NCBI GenBank assembly: GCA_051294375.1
Contig: CM119270.1
Coordinates: forward strand, 11,848,416-11,912,415
Length of the DNA: 64,000 nucleotides
Reading direction: 5' to 3'
Source of the DNA: Paraspadella gotoi
Lineage: Eukaryota; Animalia; Chaetognatha
The first letter of the stretch is position 1. Every line of letters begins with the position of its first letter. The position numbers and the translations under genes are program-made. Of this stretch, positions 42,007 through 53,012 are shown in pieces. The notes under the pieces were generated by a model. The model did no database searches. It worked only from the letters and a program-made list of their open reading frames with translations, and was not told where the DNA came from.

Positions 42007-42638
42007 AGCTTGAACGGATTTCGGTCGTTCTACCAACTCACCGATGACGACCTGTACCTGGCCGACCAATTTTTATACGGGACCCTGCGATCGGACCACG
42101 GATGCGCCGTCCCTTACCCTTACATGGCCTCGTCCAGCGTACATTTGTTCTGGCGCGGTTGGCTGTTTCGCTATGACAAGGCCAGACGAGTTCATACCCG
42201 CTATCGGTGTACCAAACGACAGGTGTGCAAAGTCGACAACAGGGGGGGTGCTCTTTTTTCTGTAATCGGATTTAGACGTAAATGATAAAGGACAAAACTT
42301 CATTCGTTGCTACACCTCTCCAGGGCCACCAGTGCTGCAGCGGAGCCATCAGCATTTGCAGCACGCCTGGAAATCCATTGGAAGTTATTCGCGAAGTGCC
42401 TCACAATCTCGATCCCGAGCCGGACATGGGTCGAGCCGTGGAGAAGGTGAAGGCGGCCAGGATGAAGGCTATTTACCGCCAGCAAGCGACCGGGAAGCAA
42501 TACGTCATCTACCTGGAGTCTGGCAAGTTTGATGAATACACGCCGCCCAACCTGCCCGAGATAGAAGGGTCGGTCGGAGACAGCGGCTCGCCGATTTCCG
42601 ACGAGTTGCCTTACAAGCTCGACGACGATATGGCTTAA
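42007..42638 (+). CDS. Alternative terminal cassette C: FLYWCH-like zinc finger (exons 42007-42222, 42324-42638)
   Basis: Phase-0 acceptor gaaaag|AGC. Spliced product VHLFWRGWLFRYDKARRVHTRYRCTKRQ|GHQCCSGAISIC..VIREVPHNL follows the FLYWCH pattern (L..G(Y/W).F....(W/Y).C...C...HxH), but the last His is replaced. Confidence 0.7.
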
Positions 42639-43105
42639 AGAGCTGAAACTAGCGTGAAGTCTGTCACGAAGAAATTTGATGCATCCTCATCCTGCCTTTT
42701 TTTTTTCCAGGCCCAGTTACTATTCTTCCACTTGCTAATGCTGGGTTTCAACTAGATATAGATGATTAGTCTCTTTAGACTTTATGAATCGATTGTGTGT
42801 GTTATTTGATCTTAAAAGAAAAGGAGAAAAAGTTTTGTTATTTGTTAAATTTTCATATTTTCATAGTTGTACGGATTAATTCCTATATTATAAGTTTTCT
42901 ACGAAATTATAAAAAAAAACATATTATTTCTGTTAAAGATTCTTTCGCAAATTAGAATGTATAGAATGAAACTCAAAAACTCACTCTGCCGAAAGAAAAA
43001 TTGTCACTCGAACTAGCTCAGCCCCTTTACTGACGACTCTCCCTAGCTTGTCTCCACTTGCTCCAAGTTTCTTTTTGCGGTTTACTCTCCCCAACTTTTT
43101 AACAG

Positions 43106-43531
43106 TTCCCTTACCCTTGGGAGCGAGATCTCGATTTTCGGGACGAGAAGCCCCCACTTTCGGTCGACGACGTTTTCGGCGGCGAGGAGAACGACGACGA
43201 CGCCACCAAGCTGGCCGTGGGCTCGTCTCAGGCCATCGTGCCTCTGGGGCCCAACGCGTCCCCGCTGGCACACGGCGCCTCCCAGCTCTTCGCACCCAAT
43301 CCCCTTGAACTGGCCCACAACGCGAGGTTCATTATGCGTCATGGATGCAAATTTAATCCTTACCAAAGTTCCGCGCTGCAGAACCTTTACAACATGAACC
43401 CTTACCCGTCGGGGGAGGAGAAAAGGAAGATCGCTAATCTGATCGGAATCACGGAGTCACAGGCCTGCAATTGGTTTCAAAACAAACGGAACCGTGACAA
43501 AATGAACATGAAATTCAAGCCAAAATCCTGA
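43106..43531 (+). CDS. Alternative terminal cassette D: divergent SIX-like homeodomain with Q50
   Basis: Phase-0 acceptor tttttaacag|TTC; homeodomain ..LQNLYNMNPYPSGEEKRKIANLIGITESQACNWFQNKRNRDK. Confidence 0.85.
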   Translation, partial: FPYPWERDLDFRDEKPPLSVDDVFGGEENDDDATKLAVGSSQAIVPLGPNASPLAHGASQLFAPNPLELAHNARFIMRHGCKFNPYQSSALQNLYNMNPYPSGEEKRKIANLIGITESQACNWFQNKRNRDKMNMKFKPKS

Positions 43532-43897
43532 AATTAGTGATCGCACTCTTTTTGGTTGTTGTCTCACACGCTTCTCTCTTTGAAATCCATCCCCCCCTTT
43601 ATTTTCAGTTTTCATACTGTCTTTTTGTCTTTGCGTGTTTCTTTGTGCTTAGAAAAAAAGTTTTAGACGAGCCAAATAAGATTATTTTTTAAAAAAACTC
43701 CTCAATGCACTTAGGAAGTTATCAATTTAATTTTTATTTTTTACATATAGCGCTTACAATGAGTTTAAATTTAGAATAAGTAATTTCTTCACACTTTGAA
43801 AAGTAATCGAGTAAACAATCGATGCGCGAATCAGTAAATTTTGGGTCACCTCCATTTTCTCCCTTTGCGCCTTTTATTTAAAAAAAAAACGTCTTAG

Positions 43898-44548
43898 CTC
43901 TACCTGGCCGACCTTCTGGACGTCGACGACGAAGGCAACGTTTTTGCCAATCTGCAAATGTGGAAAGACGACAGCGTATCCTCCCGGAGTGCCGCGTCGC
44001 AGGATCAAGACGAGGATTCGGCCATCGGTTTGGCCGTCGTAAAGTTAGACGACGATACGGAAACGCCCTGTCCTTACCAAAACTGTGATAAGCTATTCTC
44101 GAGCGCCGCAGCTCTCAGGTCAGTTTGCAGGCGTTTGATAATTCGCCAGTGACGAGCCGACTGCTTGCGACACCTTTCCTGCCAGAATTCCTCTCGCCGT
44201 TAACTTTTTCGCTTTTCGATCACAGACGGCACATAAAACGAATTCACCAAAACAACTACGCCTTTCGCTGCGGCATATGTCAAAAGGGGTTTAACGAAAA
44301 GAGGGATTTCAAGCTACATGTAGACACGCATTCTGGGGTTAAAAACTATAAGGTACATAGGGGTTCAAGTTGGGGCCTTATCTCGATTACAGTTTATTTT
44401 AATTTTATTTTCTACTGGGCTTTTCTTTTTATTCTTTCCGGCATGAAAGTGCCCGCATTGCAGCCGCCAATACTCTCAGAGCGGCTCCATGCACCGACAC
44501 GCCCGAAAATGCCTTGGACCCGAGTCGACGACGTGCTTGGGATCGTGA
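43898..44548 (+). CDS. Alternative terminal cassette E: three zinc fingers (exons 43898-44118, 44226-44352, 44450-44548)
   Basis: Phase-0 acceptor gtcttag|CTC; CPYQNC..LR|RHIKRIH, FRCGIC..HVDTHSGVKNYK|CPHC..HARKC; stop at 44546-44548. Confidence 0.82.
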
Positions 44549-45064
44549 CGAATCAACGCACTGAAAATGGGGCTGAATTGTGGGTCTTTGACAAAGATAT
44601 TTTTGTTTAAAAATCAGGGTCTTATTGATAATGAGAATTCGTGACATTTTCGCTTTTTCATTTTCCAAAAGTATTAGTTAACTTAGTCGCCTTTTATGTG
44701 CGTGCATGCTAATTGATATGTAAGGTGACGGTGCACTTCGGTGCGAATTAGAAAATCAAAATAAGTTTCTTAACGCGTCGTGTATGTACGGACTTCTGAA
44801 CGTCGATTTATTGTATTTCCATTATAAATATAAAAAAAAAACAGGTGCAGCGTCATTTTCTCCCCACTTGTCCAGTATTATTTTTCTTTCGATTGACACC
44901 CGAAAAAATAAAAAAAAAATTAAAGAAAATTGGTTATTTCAATCGTAATTTTTTTTTTTGAGACTATCAATGCATTTGTCATTAGTAAGGAAATATTAGT
45001 CTTTGCCATACTCTGTGGTGTGATATTAGTTACAATTAGGGACTGCTCATAATGCGAACCTCAG

Positions 45065-46415
45065 GTTCTTGACGTTTGTCCCGTGGAACCCGACGAGATG
45101 CGATCCGCTGACATCTTCGTTACCAGCATCGATTCCGTGGAACCCCGTGAGGACGAAGAGGAGGAAGAGGACGAGGAGGAGAGACAAGAGGAAAAAAGGG
45201 AAGTTGCGGAGGGAAGAGGAGACGGCGTGGAAATGGTCAAAGGTACTTGTTCAAATTTCGATAGAATTTTCAATGGTAATTTTAAGATTGTAAATGATGC
45301 AGGCTGCATAACTGAATTGGTGCAGATATTTTGTAATTAAGAAAACTTTGCAGGGAAATAAATAGCTAATTTTAATTCATAGTACTGGTTTAATTAAAAA
45401 AAAAAAAAAACATGAGCGGGCTGATCTTTTATTAGAAACTTTTTTTTACTGCAGTATGCTAATTTAAGTAGTGACACGTTTAAAGTTTTGAGTAACGACG
45501 TAAGAACGATATCAATATAATATTTCCATTTCATAAATTTGTTCCCCCTTTTTTTATTGAAGGGGAACCGAATTTCTTTCGAAGAGGAAAATCTATCGGC
45601 GGCAACTTTAACTGCTCCACCTGCGGAAAATCTTTTCCCAACAGTCGGAACCTTCGGGTAAATTAAAATCATAAAAGAGGAGAAAACCATCGAGGTCGGC
45701 AGCGGCTCAATATGGTAGTTAACAGCTTTAAATCACCCGTCCCGATACTGAGCAGTGAGCAATGCCTGACCTGGATATCATAAAAACAAATGAGGAAGCC
45801 GAGTTTTGATTTTATCTTGTTATTTGTAGCCGTCAAGCCTGTGGGCTTGATTCTTTTAAGCGGAGAGGGTGAACTGCCACCGAAACCTTCTCTGACCTTA
45901 CTTAATTGTCCGTGCCTGTTTCCTAGCGCCACATAGCCAACGTCCACCTGAAGCAGTCCTCCTTTCGCTGCGATCATTGTGGCAAAGGGTTCATGGACCG
46001 GACCAACTACGCAGACCACGTGGCGCGTCACGAGGGCGTTTCCCGCTACGTGTGCCACCTATGCGCACGCGACTTCATCTCCAAGGGCGTTTTGAAGACG
46101 CATCTCTTTACATGCACCGGAAGGCCGATCGCGTCTCGAAGCCACGCTCACTGTTCCCGGACGGCCAAGACCGACGCTGGAACGCCTGAACCGGAAATGG
46201 GCGGAGACGGTGACGCGCTTATCGGGGACGCCATGTCAGGCGCCCTTCAGCGAGGCGGCGCCGGACAAAACGTTACGCTGGAACCGGCGATTCTCATTGG
46301 CGGTGGAGCTGATTTGCACGTAGGGCAGATGATCGAAGCCAATTTGACCGACGAGGACATGTATCACAATTTCGGGTCGACTATCGCGAGGGTCATGGAC
46401 CTGTCTAGCTTGTGA
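45065..46415 (+). CDS. Alternative terminal cassette F: acidic segment + three zinc fingers (exons 45065-45242, 45563-45657, 45927-46415)
   Basis: Phase-0 acceptor cctcag|GTT; FNCSTC..LR|RHIANVH, FRCDHC..HVARH, YVCHLC..HLFTC; stop at 46415. Confidence 0.82.
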
Positions 46416-46733
46416 GAGTTTTTCTTTTGTTCCGTAATGCTAAATATTAAATAATGTTAAATCATTCTTTTTCTTATCTTTGATTCAAAGTTTGAATATA
46501 GACTCTGTACTTCAGTCTCAAGATGTCGTGAAACGTTTAGACATGTACCCAAATTCCATAGAAAACAAAAGATCTATAAATTAAGTTTATTCAAACTTTA
46601 CGCCATGATTGGTACCAATAAAATTTTCGTCAGTAGCATCCTTATAAGCAAGTACGTATATTATATATATATTTTTTTAAAATAAAGAAAAAAAAAATCA
46701 ATTTAATCAATAAAGTCTTAAGTGATTATAGAC

Positions 46734-48835
46734 TCAGTGATTTCTGACGTTGACATATCTCGGTTCGGAGGACGCGTACCCGCCCCTCGTCTTCGTGGTC
46801 GTCGTCGTAACGACCGTCACCTGCCTCACTTCCTCACCGCCCGATTTGTACTTAAATTGCTGCTCGGCGTCGATAGATTCCACCTGCGATTTGACAAAGT
46901 TCGGATTGTCCCTCCCGGTCGTTTTACATCTTTTGTTATGACGCTTCTTATGACGAAGGACGATCCCTAGGACGACGGCGACCAAGACGATCACGACAAC
47001 CACGACGACGACTATGATGACCGTCGGGCTGCTTGAGCCGCCGTCTCCGAAGGGCAGCTGGCCATCGACGATATCGGGCACGTAGCCGAGACCGAAAGTG
47101 ACGGAGTTGGAGTCTCCCCCTTGGTTGCCGTCCTCGTCAAAACCCGTGACGACGACGGTGAAGGAGGCGGAGCCCGCCCCTTCCGGCTGTACGTTGAGGG
47201 TCATCGTCTCCATCTCTCCGGCGTCGACGGTCGGTTCCACCTCGATGTCGGTTGGCATTCCGAAAAAGGCCGTCGAATCGTTTGACTCGACGCGGACGCT
47301 GTATTTGTTGACTCGGCCTTCGTCGTAGTTGTCGCCCGGCGCCGTGAACGTGAGCGTGACGTTGCCCGCCGCCTTGGACGTGCCCGTCACTCGGAGGTCG
47401 GCAATCTTGTCGGGAGGAATCTCGTCCACGCCATTCTTCAGCTTGGAGTTGACGTCATCTTTCTGTTTGATTGACAGAGAAGTGAAAAAGCTAAAGTTAA
47501 ATGGTTAAAAAATTTTAAAAGAATTAATACTACTTAGCACAAAAAATTTCATAATCAAAAGTATTAAAGCATGCACGATGACTTGCTGAAAGAAAAGAAC
47601 AACGACATCCATATTTTGTCACTTACATTACTGGAGCCAGGTTGCAACTCGGACGCGCCGGCCGTCGTGGACCTTGTCACTTCGCCCTCTATCTTCTCGT
47701 CCTCAAAAGTGGGCGCCGACTCGGGGCGCAGGTTATTTTCGTCAAAGGCGAGAGAGCCGCCGCCCCACCCGCCGGCGTTCTTAAAGGCGCGGACGACGCC
47801 GGTTCCGTTGAGATCCGATGCCTGAATTCCAAACGAGTAGCGACCGATCTCCGTAAAGGCGGTGAAGTATCGCGCGTAGACGCCGTCGTCGGCGACAGCG
47901 TCGGCACCGCGCCCGTTGTCGCGCAGCTCCAACTCATAGGGATTATTTTGACCCGGTCGATCCACGGAAGCCACGACTCTGGCGAAAGAAATGAGGGCTG
48001 GAAATATATGTATATATATTATATATGCAAGTTAAAAAATTACTTGTTTCACTATTTTTTTTTTATCGAGCCTTGACCGGCGAAGCCGGGTCAGGCTCTA
48101 TAATGTTTTAGGGTTGCTTCTTTGTGACGTAGTCGTCGTCGTCGTCGTCGTCACGCTGTTTTCATATATAAAAACTACTACGCTTTTATAGGTTTGGCTG
48201 TGACTTACCGTTTTTTTTTAAATAAAAATTATTATGAATTATGATAAAGTTTTACAAAAGTGTGCGATCATAGTAAGTTAAAAATTTAGATATGGCTTTT
48301 CATCTTGAAATAGCTGTGATATTTTCATATTACATTTGGATTTAAGTATTTTTTGTTTGAATTTCCACTTAATTATGATTTACTGCAATATGCAAATGAG
48401 ATTAAAGTACTCATTATAATATCCAAATTAGTATATAGAAATGCTTTAATCTAATTTACATATTGCAGTATATAAATTGAAGATGAAATTCAAAAAATTT
48501 GTTATAAATTTTTAATAAAGATGGGAACTCAAAGGATTTTTTTAATGAGAAGCTATATCTTAATTTTAATACAAATATAAATTAAATCTTTTACAAGCTG
48601 CGATTGGAAAAAATTGGAAAAATTTCCAATTGAAAAAAAATTGTAACATATTTTTGCCTTTCTTTTATTTCTTAAAATTATTTCTCTTTTAAAAAAACTG
48701 TTTATGATTATGTAATACTGTTTTTGGTATTTAAAAAACGAGTTCAGTCTCTGCAGTGACTGTACAGCGGCCTTCCAGCAGCTGTCCAGCTTTGTTTCTC
48801 TCTGTCTGACTCTCTCTGTGAGTCTCTCTCTGTGA

Positions 48836-48869
<34 letters not shown>

Positions 48870-49525
48870 TCTCTCTCTGTGTACGATTTCTTGCGTGATC
48901 GTTCGTTTTTTGAAAAATTATGATTATTTTTTTCCTTCTAAAAACTTTTATTATCACCATTATCCCAAATTTACATCCAAGATTTTCGTGGATTTATTTT
49001 AGAAAAAGTGAAGAATAACTCATACGTCAGAAATTTTACGCTTCTCTCCATCTCTCTCCGTCGCTAACATGATTGTTATTAAAGAAAAAAAAATATAATA
49101 AGCAAATAGCATATTTAATACCGATTTACATTGCCAGAGGAAATCTTTTTATACTCTGTCCAATGTTGTTGATCGAAAAACCTTAAATTTTTTTTCACAA
49201 TTTGAATATGCCGGATTGTATGCTATATGCCGATCATTTTTTTACTGCCTATTTTTGCCGGTTTATGGTTTAACTACCAAACAATGTATCTATTTATCAA
49301 GTTCCATTAGTGAGGCAGTGATGAAGTTGAAATGTGTGTCCATTTTCTTTGTTTCATATCGATTCAAGTATTTTTTGTTTGAATTTCCACTTCATTATAA
49401 TTTACTGCAATATGCTAATTAGATTATAGTACTTACTGCAATATCAAATTAGTATATAGTAAACTATATTTTAATTTGGCGACGAGTAAACGAGTTCCGC
49501 CAATGCAGCGTCTGTTCAGCTTCTT

Positions 49526-49556
<31 letters not shown>

Positions 49557-49897
49557 ATCTCTCTGTCTCTTTCTCTCTTTACGATCTCTTGCGTGATCGT
49601 TCGTTTTTTGATAAATTCTGATTATTTTTTCCTTCTAAAAACTTTTATTATCGCCATTTATTCCGCGCTTTTTTTCTTTACCTGGATTTCGTGGCCGTTG
49701 CGAGGCAACGAGTAAACAATGTCAAGGAACATGACCTAATAACGCGATAACGCGATATTATTATTATTATTTGGAAGTCAAAAATATCATAGTCGTTAAC
49801 TGAGTATTTTCAACTATATATTTTGTTAATAGGGATTATAATTTTTCAACGTACAAAAAATTTCTTATATGGCTTCTTTTTCTCTCTCTCTCTCTCT

Positions 49898-49928
<31 letters not shown>

Positions 49929-50076
49929 TCTCTTTTTTTTTTTTCCTTCTAAAAACTTTTATTATCGCCATTTATTCCCCGCTTTTTTCTCAATACAATA
50001 TATAAAAATTCTGATTATTCTTTATATAAACGAGAGAGACCTAATAATGCGTTTCGTTGGCGGGAAAACTGTCCAG

Positions 50077-50138
<62 letters not shown>

Positions 50139-50589
50139 ACTCATACACGCATTTGTTTGTTTTATTTACGATGAATGATTCATCGCGTCAATGAATTACT
50201 ATCATCGCATCAATGAATGACTATCATCGTATCAATGAATGATTATCATCATATCAATAAATGACTATCATCGCATCAATCATTTGATTATCATCACATC
50301 AGTCATTTTGTTATCATCGCATCAATTATTGGTTATCATCGCGTCAATATTTGGTTATCATCGCATCAATATTTGGTTATCATCGCATCAATATTTGGTT
50401 ACTATCGAAAGCGGCTCGATCCTTATGCTTTTAAGATTTTTTTTTTAGATTTATTTATGATTTTATTTATTTGTTATTATATTTAATACAAAAATATTTT
50501 ATTTATTTGTTTGGGATAGGGACGTTAGTGTTGTCTTCTGGAAATAGAATATATTTTTTGACATATTGTTTTTCTTACCAGATTGTTGA

Positions 50590-50623
<34 letters not shown>

Positions 50624-53012
50624 CTGAGCCCTAAAACGGGATTCCCTCCTTTCCTAACTTCGCCGTAAATGATCATCGGTGACGGGTAGTCCACGTCCGT
50701 TGACTTGACGGAGGCGTGAATCGTCAAAGGCGTCGCCTTCTCTGTTCCGCCGACGTCACGCGCCTTCGTGAACACGTTGATCTTGTACGTTTGTATTTGG
50801 TTGGTCGCCTTCTTGACGACGTAATCCCACCGGCCGACCTCGGCCTCTCCGGGAATTGAGATGACGATTGTTTTGAAGTCTGGATCGACTTCGTACTCGA
50901 CCGAGCTCTCGTTGTAGGTCACCTTCGAGGGACTCATTAGGACGACGATGATTCCGGCGCCTTGTGTCCCCTTTCCCGCTAACCCATAGTCGAAGAGGAA
51001 CGTGGTGTTGAGTCCGACGGAAGCATCGATGCCGACAAAGCCGACAACGTCGTCGGCGAAAATTGCGCCGGCCGCGCTGGCCAAGGCGATGTCCTTGTCG
51101 TCGGCCTCCTCGTCGCTGTCGTCGCAGGGGTTCTTGGCGAACGCGTCGTTGAGGGAGTTGGAGTTCACGTTGTTCGAATCGTAAAAATAATTGCCGCCGA
51201 ATTTTTGAGCGATCTCGACCATCGACTTATCGGCGGCGGCGGTGAAACTCACTGCGTCGACGAAGGCTTTGGAATTTTCAAGCGCCTGCATTACTCTTGG
51301 GTCTTTGGGACCCGGAGATTGGTTCTGTTCGCCGTCCGTCAACAGCAGAATTCGGTCGCCGCCCCGTGCTGTGCCCAAGTTCTCGACGCCTTTAAGAAGA
51401 CCGGACCCAATGCTGGTTCCCCCGTTGCCCCTTTTCACCAGGCAAGAATTCAAGAAATTCAGTCGGCTTTGTTCGTCGGTGATCTTCCGCATGGGACATC
51501 GGATAATCCCGTTGTAGCTGAAGGTAGACAAGCCGATCTCCGTGCCTTCGTTCAGAGTAAATCGGACGAGCTTCTGCAGCCCTTTGTTCATCTTTTCCAT
51601 CTTGTGGTCGCTATTCATGCTGCCGCTGATGTCGAGCACGAGAGAGATGCGACACTGCGTCAGATTTTTATTCGCTTGGACCAACCGAAAGTCTGGGTCG
51701 AGATCCTTTTGGCCGAGATCCGACGGGAGATTTGACGAGTTCCGGAAATCCTCGTGGGCCAACATGACGTCCCAGGCGCTCTTGCCGCCACAGAGCCGGT
51801 TCATGCGGCTCGGGGCTTCGGCATTGTGTTGGTGGTTCTCGTCGGCACCGTGTTTACAAAATTGGTCAACGCCCTTCGTGCCTTGACGGTCCATGATCGA
51901 GACTTTCGAAGGATTATCGATCTTAAAGCCGGGGTAGAAGTGGCACTTTTGGCTGTCGGGGAGACCGTTTGACAGTTTGCAAATGCGGTACTTGTTGGTA
52001 CCCGTCACCTGGTAAGTTGATTGACGGACGGATGGAGGAATTATTAGTTGAATTAAATTAAGAATGATAAATGATAAATAATTTAAGGATAGATATTAGA
52101 TACTAAAAATAGATTGGTTCCATAGAAAATATAAAAAAGAAAGAAATAACTCGTAAAAAAGAAAGAAAGAAAGAAAAAGAAAGAAAGAAAAAAAAAAGAA
52201 ATTTAAAAAAGGAGAGCAAAAGAGAGTGTAGAAAAATAGAGAGGCAGTAACGTACTTGCAGAATTCTTCCCTTGGTGCTCAGCGAACAGCGAACGGCCTC
52301 GAACTGTTTCGAGACAGTCGAAAAGTACCACTTGGCTTCTCCAAAGGCGGCCGGATATTCTTCTTGCAGACCCCACCTGTAATGACCCCATTCGTGGACC
52401 ACGACCTTACCCATGTCGCCGAAATTTTTTCTCACGTTATCATCAGTCACAAACGCCGGGGTGAAGTGAACGTATTCGCCTAAAATTTCAGTCGGGTCAC
52501 GAAATAGTAAGTACTAAGTAGTGATTACTTTAATGATGCGAAAGAACGTTTTAACTGAAATTAGGAACTTTTTGTCTAAAATATAATGATTAACTATTCC
52601 GGTCACGAATCTAAGTAATCTCACCCGGATCTCCGCATCCACCGAAACTCTTAACGTATGGAGTGTCGCCGTACTTTTTGTTTTCCGGCGCAACGACAAA
52701 ATCCGCGTTAGAGTAAGTCTCCTTCATCTTGGGTAAGTACTCTTTTTTATGGGTCCAAGTGGGCGGGATCAGGATAGTGACCACTTTGAAATAAGCTCTG
52801 AGTTCGGTGGAAGAATAGAGCTGCTTGGAACCGTTGGTGAGGATCTTCTTGATTCCGTCGATGATGGCGACGTCCTCGGGGACATCGCGATCGATGGCGA
52901 CGAGGACGCCGGAGTATCCGTTGTCGATCAACTTGACGCCAGAAAGTTTTGTGGCGGCGACGGCGATCGAAATGGCGAAGAGGAAAAGACGAATCGTCGA
53001 AATTTGGAACAT
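46734..53012 (-). CDS. CLCA: Calcium-activated chloride channel regulator (CLCA) family protein, ~1025 aa, 5 exons
   Basis: Exons 53012-52625, 52479-52256, 52008-50624, 47978-47627, 47462-46734 join in frame. Signal peptide; VKLIDNGYSGVLVAI N-terminus; zinc-metalloprotease motif HEWGHYRWGLQEEY; HNAEAPSRMNRLC; VWA MIDAS LDISGSM; DNGRGADAVADDGVYARYFT; FN3-like D..PP..I.DL..TAPGD; C-terminal TM. Confidence 0.95.
50170..50405. repeat. Degenerate copies of the same 22-bp satellite family in a CLCA intron
   Basis: Core ATCATCGCATCAAT repeated with a ~22-bp period. Confidence 0.75.

Noticed and set aside
42052-43912. Shared LYLAD pentapeptide near the start of cassettes C and E
   Set aside because: Too short to distinguish from chance
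39774-46058. Antisense ORFs over the cassettes (possible mod(mdg4)-style opposite-strand trans-spliced exons)
   Set aside because: They are shadows of GC-rich sense exons with no recognisable domain. All six cassettes are colinear on the + strand, so cis-splicing suffices; trans-splicing cannot be excluded from sequence alone.
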